64,000 bases of DNA from the IMG/VR virus record IMGVR_UViG_3300037628_000362, positions 12,697-76,696 of that record; one strand, given 5' to 3'. The notes beneath the pieces were generated by a model that did no database searches, was not told the DNA's origin, and saw nothing but the letters and a program-made list of their open reading frames with translations. Shown piece after piece: positions 29,296 through 38,545 of the stretch (the first letter of the stretch is position 1; each line of letters begins with the position of its first letter). This DNA is from a virus. A program made the translations under genes and the position numbers.

Positions 29296-30621
29296 ATGAA
29301 AGTTCTGCGCTACACCGTCCACAATTTGATGCGGATTTCCGATCTCGACCTGGACCTCGAAGGCCGCCACCTGTTCGTGATCGGCGGAAAGAACGGCGAG
29401 GGCAAGACCTCCGCCACTTCCGCTCTCCTAATGGCCCTGTGCGGCCGATCCGGGATGGACTGGCCTGAAGTGGCACTGCGTGAAGGGCAAGATGAAGGAT
29501 GGGTGAAGGTCGAACTGGCCGGCGATGCCGTACTCGAAAATTACACGGTTGAGTTGAACCTCAAACGTCGTCGCGGCGGGACTGTCATTGAGGGCCTGAA
29601 GATGACGGACTCGGACGGCAAAACGCTCACCGGACCTCGTGATATACTGAAACAACTGTACCACAATAGGGCGTTCGATCCACGGGAGTTCGAGACCGCA
29701 CCCAAGAAGGCCCGCCGGGAGTGGCTGATGTCCCTAGCCGGTCTGGACTTCAGCGAGGATAAGGCTAAGCGAAAGCGGATCTTCGATGAGCGAACCGTCG
29801 TCAACCGAGACGTGCATAAGGCCAAGGCCAAGCTGGAGGACATGGCGTTTCACAGTGACGCGCCGGAAAAAGAGGTCTCGTCGTGGGACAGGATGCAGGA
29901 AGTCGATCGGAGGCAGAAGCATAACGCGAAGCTCGACAGCCTGAATGAAAAGTTCGCTGGGTGCCAGCGTAGTATCGAAGAGTCAATGGCAGCCGCCCGT
30001 AGACTCGCCGATGAGATCGAAAAAACCGAGGCCCTTCTTCGTGTCAGGCAGAGTCATTTCAGGTCGAACGCCAGTGAGCAATCGGCACTCCAGGACTCCA
30101 TTGATTCGATCAAGTACGACATAGACCATTTTGTGCAGCTCGATGTTGAGGAGATACGGGACAAGATCAAGACGGACGGTGAGAACAACCAGAAAGTCCG
30201 CGAGAACGTCGTTCGTGCGGCCCAAAAAGAAGAGCTGACCGACCTATCGACAAAAGTGTTCGATCTCACTGATGCTATCCATGCCATCGACGACAAGATT
30301 CAGAACGCCCTGAACGATGCCCAGTTCCCGGTCGCCGGGCTGTCAGTCGACGACGACGGGGTTCTCTGGAATGGTCTACCGTTCGAGCAGGCGTCCCAGA
30401 GCGAGCGGATTGTCGTTTCAGCCAAGATCGGACTGGCGGCCAACCCAGAGCTTCCGCTGCTTGTGACTCAGCATGGCTCGGATCTCGACAGGGATACGCT
30501 CAAGAGCCTGGAGTCGTTCCTGGCGGAAGAAGACGCCCAGATGATCTTAGAGGTCGTGACACGCACAGAGGAGGATGAAGAACTATGCTCGCTGGTCATC
30601 GAGGACGGTAAAGCCAAGTAG
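29296..30621 (+). CDS. SMC/Rad50-like ABC ATPase with coiled coil
   Basis: Walker A GKNGEGKTS, long coiled coil, degenerate signature ASQSER; SD GGAGG. Confidence 0.8.
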   Translation: MKVLRYTVHNLMRISDLDLDLEGRHLFVIGGKNGEGKTSATSALLMALCGRSGMDWPEVALREGQDEGWVKVELAGDAVLENYTVELNLKRRRGGTVIEGLKMTDSDGKTLTGPRDILKQLYHNRAFDPREFETAPKKARREWLMSLAGLDFSEDKAKRKRIFDERTVVNRDVHKAKAKLEDMAFHSDAPEKEVSSWDRMQEVDRRQKHNAKLDSLNEKFAGCQRSIEESMAAARRLADEIEKTEALLRVRQSHFRSNASEQSALQDSIDSIKYDIDHFVQLDVEEIRDKIKTDGENNQKVRENVVRAAQKEELTDLSTKVFDLTDAIHAIDDKIQNALNDAQFPVAGLSVDDDGVLWNGLPFEQASQSERIVVSAKIGLAANPELPLLVTQHGSDLDRDTLKSLESFLAEEDAQMILEVVTRTEEDEELCSLVIEDGKAK

Positions 30622-30651
30622 TTGAAGCCATCTGAGTAGCCAGGCTATAAT
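30622..30651 (+). promoter_or_regulatory. Putative sigma70 promoter for groES and the RNA cluster
   Basis: TTGAAG-N18-TATAAT. Confidence 0.5.
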
Positions 30652-30692
30652 GGAGTCTCATTTCAAACCCTAGTAAAACGGAGGATCTTTTA

Positions 30693-31061
30693 ATGACCGA
30701 CTTGAAAGTAGCAGCGTTCCCGGATGACGGGCCACTCGTTCCACATCCGCTGACCTTGGAGAACCTTCCTATCCCACTCGGCGACTTCGTGCTGATCGAG
30801 CCGATTGACCAGACTGTCTCGGACGGCGGAATCCGGCTGCCAGAGGGCGCAGACATGGGGCCTAACCGCGGCCGTGTCTTGGCTGTTGGCCCAGGGCGAT
30901 GGGAGTTCGGCGCACTGATTGAGCCAAAGGTGGAAAAGGGAGACTTGGTTCTACTGTTGTTCGCCTACGATCGTCCAGCCGAAATCCCGCATAACGGACA
31001 GAAGTTGATTATCATTCGTGAGAGGGCGATCATCGCCAAACTGAACCCAAGGAGCCTGTAA
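30693..31061 (+). CDS. groES: Co-chaperonin GroES (Cpn10)
   Basis: PLGDFVLIEP...GGIRLP...GRVLAVGPG...VEKGDLVL...IIRERAIIA. Confidence 0.9.
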   Translation: MTDLKVAAFPDDGPLVPHPLTLENLPIPLGDFVLIEPIDQTVSDGGIRLPEGADMGPNRGRVLAVGPGRWEFGALIEPKVEKGDLVLLLFAYDRPAEIPHNGQKLIIIRERAIIAKLNPRSL

Positions 31062-31119
31062 AACGGAGATGGTGGCGGGGACGTTTTGCCGTGGTCCCGG
31101 GCTAATACGGGGCAGTTAT

Positions 31120-31207
31120 GGCCAAGCATTATGGTTGTGGATCAGTCGTCACAGGCCGAAGAGGCAGATGATGGATGATTGGCGGGTTCGATTCCTGCCC
31201 TTGGTCC
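31120..31207 (+). ncRNA. tRNA-like RNA A (acceptor plus T-arm, no canonical anticodon loop)
   Basis: GGCCAAG/CTTGGTC acceptor; GGCGGG-TTCGATT-CCTGCC T-arm; extended middle hairpin. Confidence 0.6.
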
Positions 31208-31211
31208 TTAT

Positions 31212-31281
31212 GACCAAGCTCGTGATTGGGTCCACTGTGCCCCGGGCCGTGGATGGCGGGTTCGATTCCTGCCCTTGGTCC
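31212..31281 (+). ncRNA. tRNA-like RNA B
   Basis: GACCAAG/CTTGGTC acceptor; T-arm identical to A; TCCAC/GTGGA stem with a 13-nt loop. Confidence 0.6.
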
Positions 31282-31285
31282 TTGA

Positions 31286-31356
31286 TGTGGGCTAGTGTAA
31301 TGGTAACATACGGGCCTCATACGTCCGTGCTATCGGTTCGACTCCGGTGCCCACCA
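31286..31356 (+). tRNA. tRNA with CAT anticodon (Met or Ile2)
   Basis: Cloverleaf: GTGGGC/GCCCAC, D GTGT/ACAT, anticodon arm CGGGC-CTCATAC-GTCCG, T arm ATCGG-TTCGACT-CCGGT; 1:72 mismatch. Confidence 0.85.
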
Positions 31357-31416
31357 TTTATAAGCACAAACACTAATGAGATCCCTGGCGGCCGGCGGCG
31401 GGGACGTTTTGCCGGT

Positions 31417-31478
31417 GCATACGCCAATGTTCTAAGGCGGGCGATAGAGACTCCAGTTCGATTCCTGGGGCGTATACT
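31417..31478 (+). ncRNA. Degenerate tRNA-like element C
   Basis: GCATACG/CGTATAC acceptor-like pairing and CCAG-TTCGATTC-CTGG T-arm-like hairpin. Confidence 0.35.
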
Positions 31479-31640
31479 AGAACCCGTGAGAAGGCCCTTA
31501 ACCGGATTCTAGTCACTGAAGGTGAGGCTTTGAAATCCAGTAGACTGCTGGGTTCATTTACGCTGGGTAATGACCGTCGCGGGAAGCACCCGCCGCTAAA
31601 TTACCTGGGGCCGTTATTTTACCTCAACCAGGAGGATTTA

Positions 31641-31820
31641 ATGAGATTGGCAGCTATCGAAAAACTTGTCGTCGCGCTGATCGTCGTTATGGTGTTACTG
31701 ATCGCCGGATCCGTGGGATGCTTCGTGTATGTCATCAGTGAAGCCGGTGGCTGTAGGGGAGTTGTAATTGAGGTCGGCAAGGGGATTAAGGACATATCCA
31801 GCGAGATCAATAAGGACTAA
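31641..31820 (+). CDS. Small membrane protein
   Basis: SD AGGAGG; single hydrophobic helix. Confidence 0.6.
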   Translation: MRLAAIEKLVVALIVVMVLLIAGSVGCFVYVISEAGGCRGVVIEVGKGIKDISSEINKD

Positions 31821-31826
31821 CTTATT

Positions 31827-32021
31827 ATGAATAAAAAACAACTTCTAGTGGATGCAATAATTGGGCGTGGCTTCCGGAGCATACAACATTCCGTGGCTAT
31901 GACAGAAGAGGGACTCGCTCGATTCAACGGAAATCAACATAACGAATCTTGGGAATGGAAACGTAATAGCCTTATGGAAATGGAGACGACTCAACTGAAA
32001 GCAATCTACTGCGAGGACTAG
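31827..32021 (+). CDS. Hypothetical protein
   Basis: Fits the operon; AAGGA SD. Confidence 0.5.
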   Translation: MNKKQLLVDAIIGRGFRSIQHSVAMTEEGLARFNGNQHNESWEWKRNSLMEMETTQLKAIYCED

Positions 32022-32022
32022 T

Positions 32023-32790
32023 ATGAAGCTGAATATCGACCCCGATCTTGAGAACTACCTGACTCAGCCTAAGTCGCCAACAGACGACATGCTGACCGCT
32101 CTCATTAAGCGTGACGGTGGAGTAGGCCACGAGCACGCTATCACCGTCTGGGAGGGCAAGGGAGTCATTGTCGACGGGCATCGTCGCTATCGGATCTGCC
32201 AGGAACTCGACCTCCCGTTCGCTGTCGTCGAGCAGAAGTTCAAGGACATCGATCAGGTTAAGTCTGAAATGCGACAGATCCAACTCAGTCGCCGCAACTC
32301 GACTGGCCGCGTACGAGATTCCCTGATGACAGAGGAGCTTGAGTACCAGCGGTCCATGGGAGCCGGAAAAGGGGATTCACTCCAGGCCGTAGCGGATAGT
32401 GTCGGGACGACGACTCGCACCGTTCGCCGAGCCAGTAAGCGCACCGAGGCCGAGAAGAAGCTCCCGCAGGAAGTGTCAGACCGGATCAAGTCCGGCGACC
32501 TGAAGGCGTCCCAAAGGGATGTTATCGCCCTGGCTGCGAAAGACCATACTGAGATCAAGGAAGCAGTTGCTACAGTGGATTCCGGCGACTGTAAGACAAT
32601 CCACGAGGCGCTTCGGCAGATGGACGACACGCCGGAGTTTAATATCAGGCAAGTCAAGTCAGATGCACGGGCGGCGGCTGTCACGCTACTAAAAGCTCTC
32701 GACGCTCTCCAGGAGCTTCAGAGTAGCCCTCGGCACCAGAGCGTAATCCGAAAGGCAAAGAGTATTCTGGAGTGTTTGGATAAGTGGTAA
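32023..32790 (+). CDS. ParB/Srx N-terminal domain protein with HTH
   Basis: ITVW...IVDGHRRYRICQEL (ParB box II), QLSRRN, HTH LQAVADSVGTTTRTVRRA. Confidence 0.8.
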   Translation: MKLNIDPDLENYLTQPKSPTDDMLTALIKRDGGVGHEHAITVWEGKGVIVDGHRRYRICQELDLPFAVVEQKFKDIDQVKSEMRQIQLSRRNSTGRVRDSLMTEELEYQRSMGAGKGDSLQAVADSVGTTTRTVRRASKRTEAEKKLPQEVSDRIKSGDLKASQRDVIALAAKDHTEIKEAVATVDSGDCKTIHEALRQMDDTPEFNIRQVKSDARAAAVTLLKALDALQELQSSPRHQSVIRKAKSILECLDKW

Positions 32791-32811
32791 CTCGAATGAA
32801 AGGAGCAAATA

Positions 32812-33087
32812 ATGGGCGAACCTATTTTCCATAGCCATTTGACTGACGAGCTTCCGCAAGATCATCCACTTGCCAATGAAGATGTATATTGCCAAACACA
32901 CAGATCACTTGGCTGCTGCGACTCCTCTATGCTTCACGCATTTAATAACGAGTGCATGAGGACATGGGTGGAGTTCGCTGACAAAACTGTCTGTGCCGAA
33001 AGCTTTGCGAAGTTTCTTTTACGAGGGAATGGCGTCCTTAGCGACGCTGCCTTTGTATCCTTTGTCTCTAAATATTCTGACAAATAA
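32812..33087 (+). CDS. Hypothetical protein
   Basis: SD AAGGAG. Confidence 0.55.
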   Translation: MGEPIFHSHLTDELPQDHPLANEDVYCQTHRSLGCCDSSMLHAFNNECMRTWVEFADKTVCAESFAKFLLRGNGVLSDAAFVSFVSKYSDK

Positions 33088-33101
33088 CTAAGGAGTAGGA
33101 T

Positions 33102-33500
33102 ATGACGTGCCTCGGCAACTTACTGGTCCCAAGCGAACAACAGTTTGAATCAAGACGAGTATGCGAACTGATCGTGTATTTATTTAAGCGGATCTCAATA
33201 CATCCGCCATATTGGGTGATTGATGCCGCGAACGAATGCTACGGAGACGTCAGGCGGCTCGATGAAGCTACTAAGATTCTCTGCGAAGCTTGCCGCAGTC
33301 TAAATGAAGGCCAGGTCAACGTGTTCATCTACGACGGAAGAAATGCTGGGGCACGTAGATTGGCTGACTGGTGGGATCGACACCAGGAATTGGATCGACG
33401 TAGAGTTGACGAGGAGGAGAAGTCTCGCAATAAGATTCTATTAAGGGCTCGTGCGATCAGAAAATTGACAGTAGAGGAAAGGCAGGCGATAGGTCTGTGA
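33102..33500 (+). CDS. Hypothetical phage protein
   Basis: IYDGRNAGARRLADWWDRHQELD, a recurrent phage motif; SD AAGGAG. Confidence 0.65.
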   Translation: MTCLGNLLVPSEQQFESRRVCELIVYLFKRISIHPPYWVIDAANECYGDVRRLDEATKILCEACRSLNEGQVNVFIYDGRNAGARRLADWWDRHQELDRRRVDEEEKSRNKILLRARAIRKLTVEERQAIGL

Positions 33501-35032
33501 TAACCTTACCAACCCTCTATGACCACCAGGCCACCCAGGTCAACGATGTTCGCAATGCGTTCCGACGCCATAAGGGCGTGATATTATGCGCCCAGACAGG
33601 CGAGGGAAAGACGCGCGAGGCAAAGCACATTATCGGTCTAGGCGTCAACCGCGGGCCATCTAAGGGACAGAGTGGTAACTTCCTGTTTACTGTCCGCCGC
33701 CGTGGTCTGGTCGATAATGCCAGTAATTCATTCAACGAATATCCCGTGCTCCCACACGGCGTCATTATGAGCGGAAAGGAAACATCTTTCGATCGTAATG
33801 TACAAGTGGCGTCGATTGACACGCTTCTTTCGTGGTGGGCAGAGGATGGGCAGTATAGCGGACCGCTCACTTTTGATATGATTTGTTTTGACGAGTGCCA
33901 CGCACATCACTCGAAGCTAGCCACATTTCTGAAGGCCCACAGGACAGAGCGTCGCAGACTGGGCCTTATGCCTGCTTATGTGCTTGGGCTCAGTGCAACT
34001 CCATATGCCAAGGGTCTATGTGATGTATACGGAGAGATCGTTAAAGGGGCGAGGGTTGATTGGTTGATACAAAACGGATTCCTCGTACCCTACCGGTACT
34101 TTGAAGGCACGAAAGGAAAGCTTGATCTCCTAGTTAAGCAGGGAAACGGGTTCACTCGTGACAGTAATTCCGCCGCCATGGGCGGCCTGTCCGGTACTAT
34201 GGTCCGCGACTGGCTCCGGCTTGGCGAAGGGAGACCGACAATCGGGTTCTTTTTGCGGCGTCAGCACGCACGTGATGCCATGGATGAACTTGAAGCGGCT
34301 GGTATTGACACTCGCTACGTTGACGGCGACACTAGCGATACTATCCGGAGGTCCCTGTTTTATGGATTAGGTGAGGGCCACTTTAATTATCTAACAAACG
34401 TCGACGTTGTAGGACGCGGAACAGATATCCCGAGGGTATCCTGTATTCAACTTTGCTTAGGGATTGGCAGCGTTGTTCAATTTCGGCAAAAGATTGGTCG
34501 CGGAAGCCGCGTGCATCCGCTGAAGAAAGATTGCATTGTAATCGATCACGCAGACAATGTACATCGCCTCGGTTACTTTGAAGACGATGTTGACTGGACT
34601 ATCGACGCCACGCGGGATACTGTAAAGGACCATGAGGCCCGCCCTTCTATCACCTGCCCGAAGTGCAAGGCCGTGTACCGAGGCGGGAAATGCCAGATGT
34701 GCGGTTATGAACCAACACAGCGCGAGCGGAAGCAGCAGAAGCTTCAGTTCGACGGCACCGAACTTCAGGAAATCAACCGCAGCACTCACAAACGCGGTGA
34801 GTACAGCCACGAGAAGTTAATGGTATCGAAGCTTTTTATGGCTGGTCGCGCTGGCCTTACATTCAAGGCGGCGGTTGCAATAGCCGGACAAGAGGCTGCT
34901 AAAAAAGGCCAGAAATTCCGAGTGCCACATAAAGTCAAGATAGCCGGCCAAGATTACTACATGCCGGAATACGGCTCGCCAGACGGTGAACGACGAGTCC
35001 GGGCTCTGTTCCCAGTTACAGCGGGGAGATAA
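33497..35032 (+). CDS. Superfamily 2 DEAD/DEAH helicase with Zn finger (RadD-like)
   Basis: AQTGEGKT, DECH, LSATP, QKIGRGSR, CPKC..CQMC. Confidence 0.9.
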   Translation: MITLPTLYDHQATQVNDVRNAFRRHKGVILCAQTGEGKTREAKHIIGLGVNRGPSKGQSGNFLFTVRRRGLVDNASNSFNEYPVLPHGVIMSGKETSFDRNVQVASIDTLLSWWAEDGQYSGPLTFDMICFDECHAHHSKLATFLKAHRTERRRLGLMPAYVLGLSATPYAKGLCDVYGEIVKGARVDWLIQNGFLVPYRYFEGTKGKLDLLVKQGNGFTRDSNSAAMGGLSGTMVRDWLRLGEGRPTIGFFLRRQHARDAMDELEAAGIDTRYVDGDTSDTIRRSLFYGLGEGHFNYLTNVDVVGRGTDIPRVSCIQLCLGIGSVVQFRQKIGRGSRVHPLKKDCIVIDHADNVHRLGYFEDDVDWTIDATRDTVKDHEARPSITCPKCKAVYRGGKCQMCGYEPTQRERKQQKLQFDGTELQEINRSTHKRGEYSHEKLMVSKLFMAGRAGLTFKAAVAIAGQEAAKKGQKFRVPHKVKIAGQDYYMPEYGSPDGERRVRALFPVTAGR

Positions 35033-35033
35033 C

Positions 35034-35444
35034 ATGAAACACTTCAGGATAAAATCACTACGGAACACCATCACAAAGTGGCACAGGAGGCTGACGAGCT
35101 TCGTGGTGACCAGGAAGCGATTCGAGAGTGAGTTGGCTCGACGTGATGGAGCTATCTGTGAGTTAAGAAGTAGATACAAGCGAGAGATTACGGATAGCAT
35201 TAAGACGGCGCAAGCAATTATCAGAAGGTGCTCGCGTATCGACTTTCAACAGCGGGATTGCACTGACACGTACGCAGTCACAGTGTCATTCGACGCAAGA
35301 ATGATGAGTCTCGGCCACCCGGATCAGCGTGAATTAGCAATGATCGCCCAGTGTGTAGGTAGAGACGTGGAGTGTGAAATTTCCCGCTCCAGGTTTATTC
35401 AACCGCCTGAATCGAGACGGGAGCATTCGCGGCTGCGGAGATGA
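35034..35444 (+). CDS. Hypothetical protein
   Basis: SD GGGGAG; fits the operon. Confidence 0.5.
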   Translation: MKHFRIKSLRNTITKWHRRLTSFVVTRKRFESELARRDGAICELRSRYKREITDSIKTAQAIIRRCSRIDFQQRDCTDTYAVTVSFDARMMSLGHPDQRELAMIAQCVGRDVECEISRSRFIQPPESRREHSRLRR

Positions 35445-35445
35445 C

Positions 35446-36345
35446 ATGAGCAACGAAGTATGGCGACAAGCCTCGAAGCGCGAACCGTGCCCGATCTGTG
35501 AGAAGCCAGATTGGTGTTCGCTCACCGGTGTCGAGGGTGCGATCGAAGTGGTCGTTTGTATGCGAGTCGAAAGCGACAAGCAATGCAAAAATGGCGGTTG
35601 GCTGCATCGGCTGCGAGAATCCACTGGCCAGTATTCGCCTCCCCCAGCTAAGCCGAAGACAATCTATGACACCGCCAATGCCGCGGTATCGTCCCTGGAA
35701 GTCAATCGCGGTAAACGTTCGGCCCTGTGGACCTACCACGATATCGACGACGATCCGGTGGGCGTGATCGTGCGATGGGATCGTCCCGACGGCAAAGACA
35801 TCCTCCCAGTGTCCCGCAACGGCATGGGCTGGGTCATCGGCGGCATGACTGAACCGAGGCCCCTTTACTGCCTACCGGACCTAGCCGGAGCGGATCGGGT
35901 GTTTATCTGCGAAGGCGAAAAGGCGGTAGACGCGGCCCGTTCGATCGGGTTGACAGCCACTACATCACCTCACGGTAGCATGAGTGCCGCCAAAGCCGAC
36001 TGGACTCCGTTAGCTGGCAAAGAATGTGTGATCCTGCCTGACAAGGACGAGCCGGGTTATAAGTATGCCGACGATGTGGCAGCGATCCTGAAAACCATGA
36101 AGCCATACCATAAGATCCAGATAGTTCACCTGCCTGGCCTGGGCGAACACGGTGATATAGTAGATTGGTTGGCGGGGCGACCGGATGCCGTCGCAGCTCG
36201 CCGGCAAGTGGAAAGCCTGGTCGCCGACGCCTCTGGTCTAAATGATTCCAGAATAGACCGCATAGTGAGTCTGACTGAAACCGTATTTGATCGGTGCTCG
36301 GAACTAAAGACTCTGGTTGATGAGCTACGTGACGGGGGGGAATAA
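35446..36345 (+). CDS. Primase-like protein (Zn finger plus TOPRIM)
   Basis: REPCPICEKPDWC; VFICEGEKAVDA; ILPDKDEPG; GDIVDW. Confidence 0.85.
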   Translation: MSNEVWRQASKREPCPICEKPDWCSLTGVEGAIEVVVCMRVESDKQCKNGGWLHRLRESTGQYSPPPAKPKTIYDTANAAVSSLEVNRGKRSALWTYHDIDDDPVGVIVRWDRPDGKDILPVSRNGMGWVIGGMTEPRPLYCLPDLAGADRVFICEGEKAVDAARSIGLTATTSPHGSMSAAKADWTPLAGKECVILPDKDEPGYKYADDVAAILKTMKPYHKIQIVHLPGLGEHGDIVDWLAGRPDAVAARRQVESLVADASGLNDSRIDRIVSLTETVFDRCSELKTLVDELRDGGE

Positions 36346-36701
36346 TGGGAAGGGCAGTTGAAAAGCCATTTGCCGGGGGAACGTGGTCAAAGGCCAAGTT
36401 CTTTGGGTTCCTGCGCAGCAACCTACGCAAGACTAGCCGTAAGTTCCCGGCGAAGCGGCAGGCCGAGGAAGCCTGTAGGAGAAAGCTGAAAGTCAAGATC
36501 GGAAACCAAGTATGGGAGTACCAGTGTGCCGGGTGCGGCCACGGGTATAAGCGAAGTGAAGGAAACATGCACCATATCACGTCGGCTGGCAGCCTGAAGT
36601 CGTTCAGGGATCTCCCTGGCTTTGTTAAGCGGCTATTCTGTGAGGCTGACGGGTATCATTTTCTGTGCGAGGAGTGCCATGACAAAATCCACAAAAAGTA
36701 A
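36345..36701 (+). CDS. HNH-like endonuclease
   Basis: YQCAGC...MHHI...RLFCE...LCEECHDKIH. Confidence 0.75.
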   Translation: MGRAVEKPFAGGTWSKAKFFGFLRSNLRKTSRKFPAKRQAEEACRRKLKVKIGNQVWEYQCAGCGHGYKRSEGNMHHITSAGSLKSFRDLPGFVKRLFCEADGYHFLCEECHDKIHKK

Positions 36702-36861
36702 CTTCGAGATCGGCTGGGACGCCTACGCAGCCGGCAAGACGATACTCGACAATCCAAACGAGTATCTCACGCCCAAGTGGGAGTGGCACCGTGACGGATG
36801 GTGGGCAGCGTACGAGTGGCAGCGTAAAACTAGTTTATTCACCAAAAAAAGGAGAAAATGA
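36679..36861 (+). CDS. Small protein with GWxAY..NP...WxxGW motif (Rmf/CrpP-like fold)
   Basis: GWDAYAAG...NPN...WHRDGW; SD GAGGAG. Confidence 0.45.
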   Translation: MTKSTKSNFEIGWDAYAAGKTILDNPNEYLTPKWEWHRDGWWAAYEWQRKTSLFTKKRRK

Positions 36862-36862
36862 A

Positions 36863-37129
36863 ATGCCGGAATACGACAACAATATGAGTGGAGTTCTGCG
36901 CAGGGACGATGCGCCAAAGCGTGAAGGCAAGAAAGATCGGGACTTCAGCGGCTGGTGTGAGATCGATCATACGGAGTATTGGATTAGCGGATGGACAAAG
37001 ACTGCTGGCCCGGAAGCAAAGCAGCCCGGCCGCAAATTCTTCTCGCTATCCTTTGAGCCGAAGAAGGAACAGGCCCAGCAGCAAGCACCGGCCAGCGAAC
37101 CAGGGACTGATGACGACATACCGTTCTAA
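36863..37129 (+). CDS. Putative single-stranded DNA-binding protein
   Basis: OB-like DFSG..EIDHTEYWISGW...FFSLSF and acidic DDDIPF tail. Confidence 0.75.
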   Translation: MPEYDNNMSGVLRRDDAPKREGKKDRDFSGWCEIDHTEYWISGWTKTAGPEAKQPGRKFFSLSFEPKKEQAQQQAPASEPGTDDDIPF

Positions 37130-37264
37130 GGGGAAGTGAAATGAGTGAGAACCATGTCGTCACCGTGACATTCGGGACGTGGCGCCTTCAATCGTATGCA
37201 ACCACCGACAACCTGCCAGATGCCGAGCGGCTACGTATACGCGCACGAAAACAAGGGTACACTG

Positions 37265-37681
37265 ATGCAAAGATCGAGACTCAGAAGGACTTCCGCAAAA
37301 AGACGAGACAGGGAGACGGAAGCGTGGGAGTGGCGCAGCAGGCTAGTGGCTCGTATCGGGAAATGCGAGGCGTGCGGACACAACCTAGTACATCCGTGGC
37401 GGGACAAGCCGCGGCATCTAAGCCTCCTGTGCGTCCACGAGATCGCGTGCGGGCCGTTGCGTCAGAAAGCGATCGACAAGCCATACGCAACGCTAGTGAC
37501 TTGTCATTGGTGCAATTGCGAGAGGATGACCGATCGAACTGAGTGGCCCGAGGCTCGGCAATTGGCCACGCTGAAGCGGTCCAGACCAGATGACTACGAC
37601 TTGGTGGCGTACAACCGCCTAGTAAACCCAAACGCCCCTGAGCGGATAACCCAAGCGGAGGTAGATGAGCATGAAAATTGA
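37265..37681 (+). CDS. HNH-like/Zn-finger protein
   Basis: CEACG...VHEI...TCHWCN. Confidence 0.55.
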   Translation: MQRSRLRRTSAKRRDRETEAWEWRSRLVARIGKCEACGHNLVHPWRDKPRHLSLLCVHEIACGPLRQKAIDKPYATLVTCHWCNCERMTDRTEWPEARQLATLKRSRPDDYDLVAYNRLVNPNAPERITQAEVDEHEN

Positions 37682-37931
37682 AACCGGCGTAATGGTAATG
37701 AAAGACGGGAAGGCGTGGGGGATCGTCTACGAAGATGGCCAAAGTGCCTGCTCTGGATGGATTGATGTTGAATCAGCTCCGATTCACGATCCGAAATACT
37801 GCAAGAAGACAACCGACGTTACCTTTGAGCACAGTCACCACACGACGGAGTTGGAAACGGCAAAACTTGTTGAAGTAAAAAGGATAACGACCGTGGAAAT
37901 TCTCGAACAGAACGATGAGGGAAGTAGCTAA
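37671..37931 (+). CDS. Hypothetical protein
   Basis: SD GGAGG; coupled to the recombinase gene. Confidence 0.55.
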   Translation: MKIETGVMVMKDGKAWGIVYEDGQSACSGWIDVESAPIHDPKYCKKTTDVTFEHSHHTTELETAKLVEVKRITTVEILEQNDEGSS

Positions 37932-38533
37932 TGCCTAGCTTCACCCAATACATGACGCTCAATGAGATCCACACGGTCCTAGAAGACCTCCGCCTGCGGT
38001 CTATCTGGAGCGTATCGTCGGCCGTCAACCGGATCATCGTGCGGCTCTCGCTCGGCGCTGGGCTCCGCTGCATGGAAATCGTTGGCCTCAATGTAGGTGA
38101 TCTCGTTCTCGGTGGAAGTTGCCCGGTCATCAACGTACGTGGCGAGACAGCGAAGGGCGGCAAGCCGAGAAAGGTGCCCTTGTTCTGGGACCGGCAGACA
38201 CTTGCCGACCTGGCTAACTGGCAACGGCACCGCACTGAGGTCATGGGTGCCACGCGTGGAGATCCATTCGTTTGCGGAGTCTGCCAGACAAATCGAGGTG
38301 GCCGGCTGATACGGTCGATGGCGGCAAAGCGATGGAAGACAGCGATTAAGTGTCTGGGGACCGATCGGGTGTCTCAACTGTCGATCCACTGCGGCCGGCA
38401 CAGCTTTGCCTCGCACGCCGTTCGAGCTGGTCGTACACCGGCAGAGTTACGCGACGCCCTGGGCCACGCGAATATCACCACCACTGAAACCTACCTGCAC
38501 TCGATCCCGACTGAGTGTGGGGATTTATTCTGA
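37931..38533 (+). CDS. Tyrosine recombinase (catalytic domain only)
   Basis: R (GLRCME), K (AKGGK), HxxR (HCGRHSF), LGH, Y (TETYLH). Confidence 0.9.
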   Translation: MPSFTQYMTLNEIHTVLEDLRLRSIWSVSSAVNRIIVRLSLGAGLRCMEIVGLNVGDLVLGGSCPVINVRGETAKGGKPRKVPLFWDRQTLADLANWQRHRTEVMGATRGDPFVCGVCQTNRGGRLIRSMAAKRWKTAIKCLGTDRVSQLSIHCGRHSFASHAVRAGRTPAELRDALGHANITTTETYLHSIPTECGDLF

Positions 38534-38545
38534 AGGAGAATCGAT

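Noticed and set aside
31069-31512. 147-aa ORF over the tRNA cluster
   Set aside because: Overlaps a clear tRNA and tRNA-like elements; most likely a spurious frame.
31505-31550. Hammerhead-like CTGAAGG...GAAA core
   Set aside because: Lacks the required CUGANGA and proper stem II geometry.
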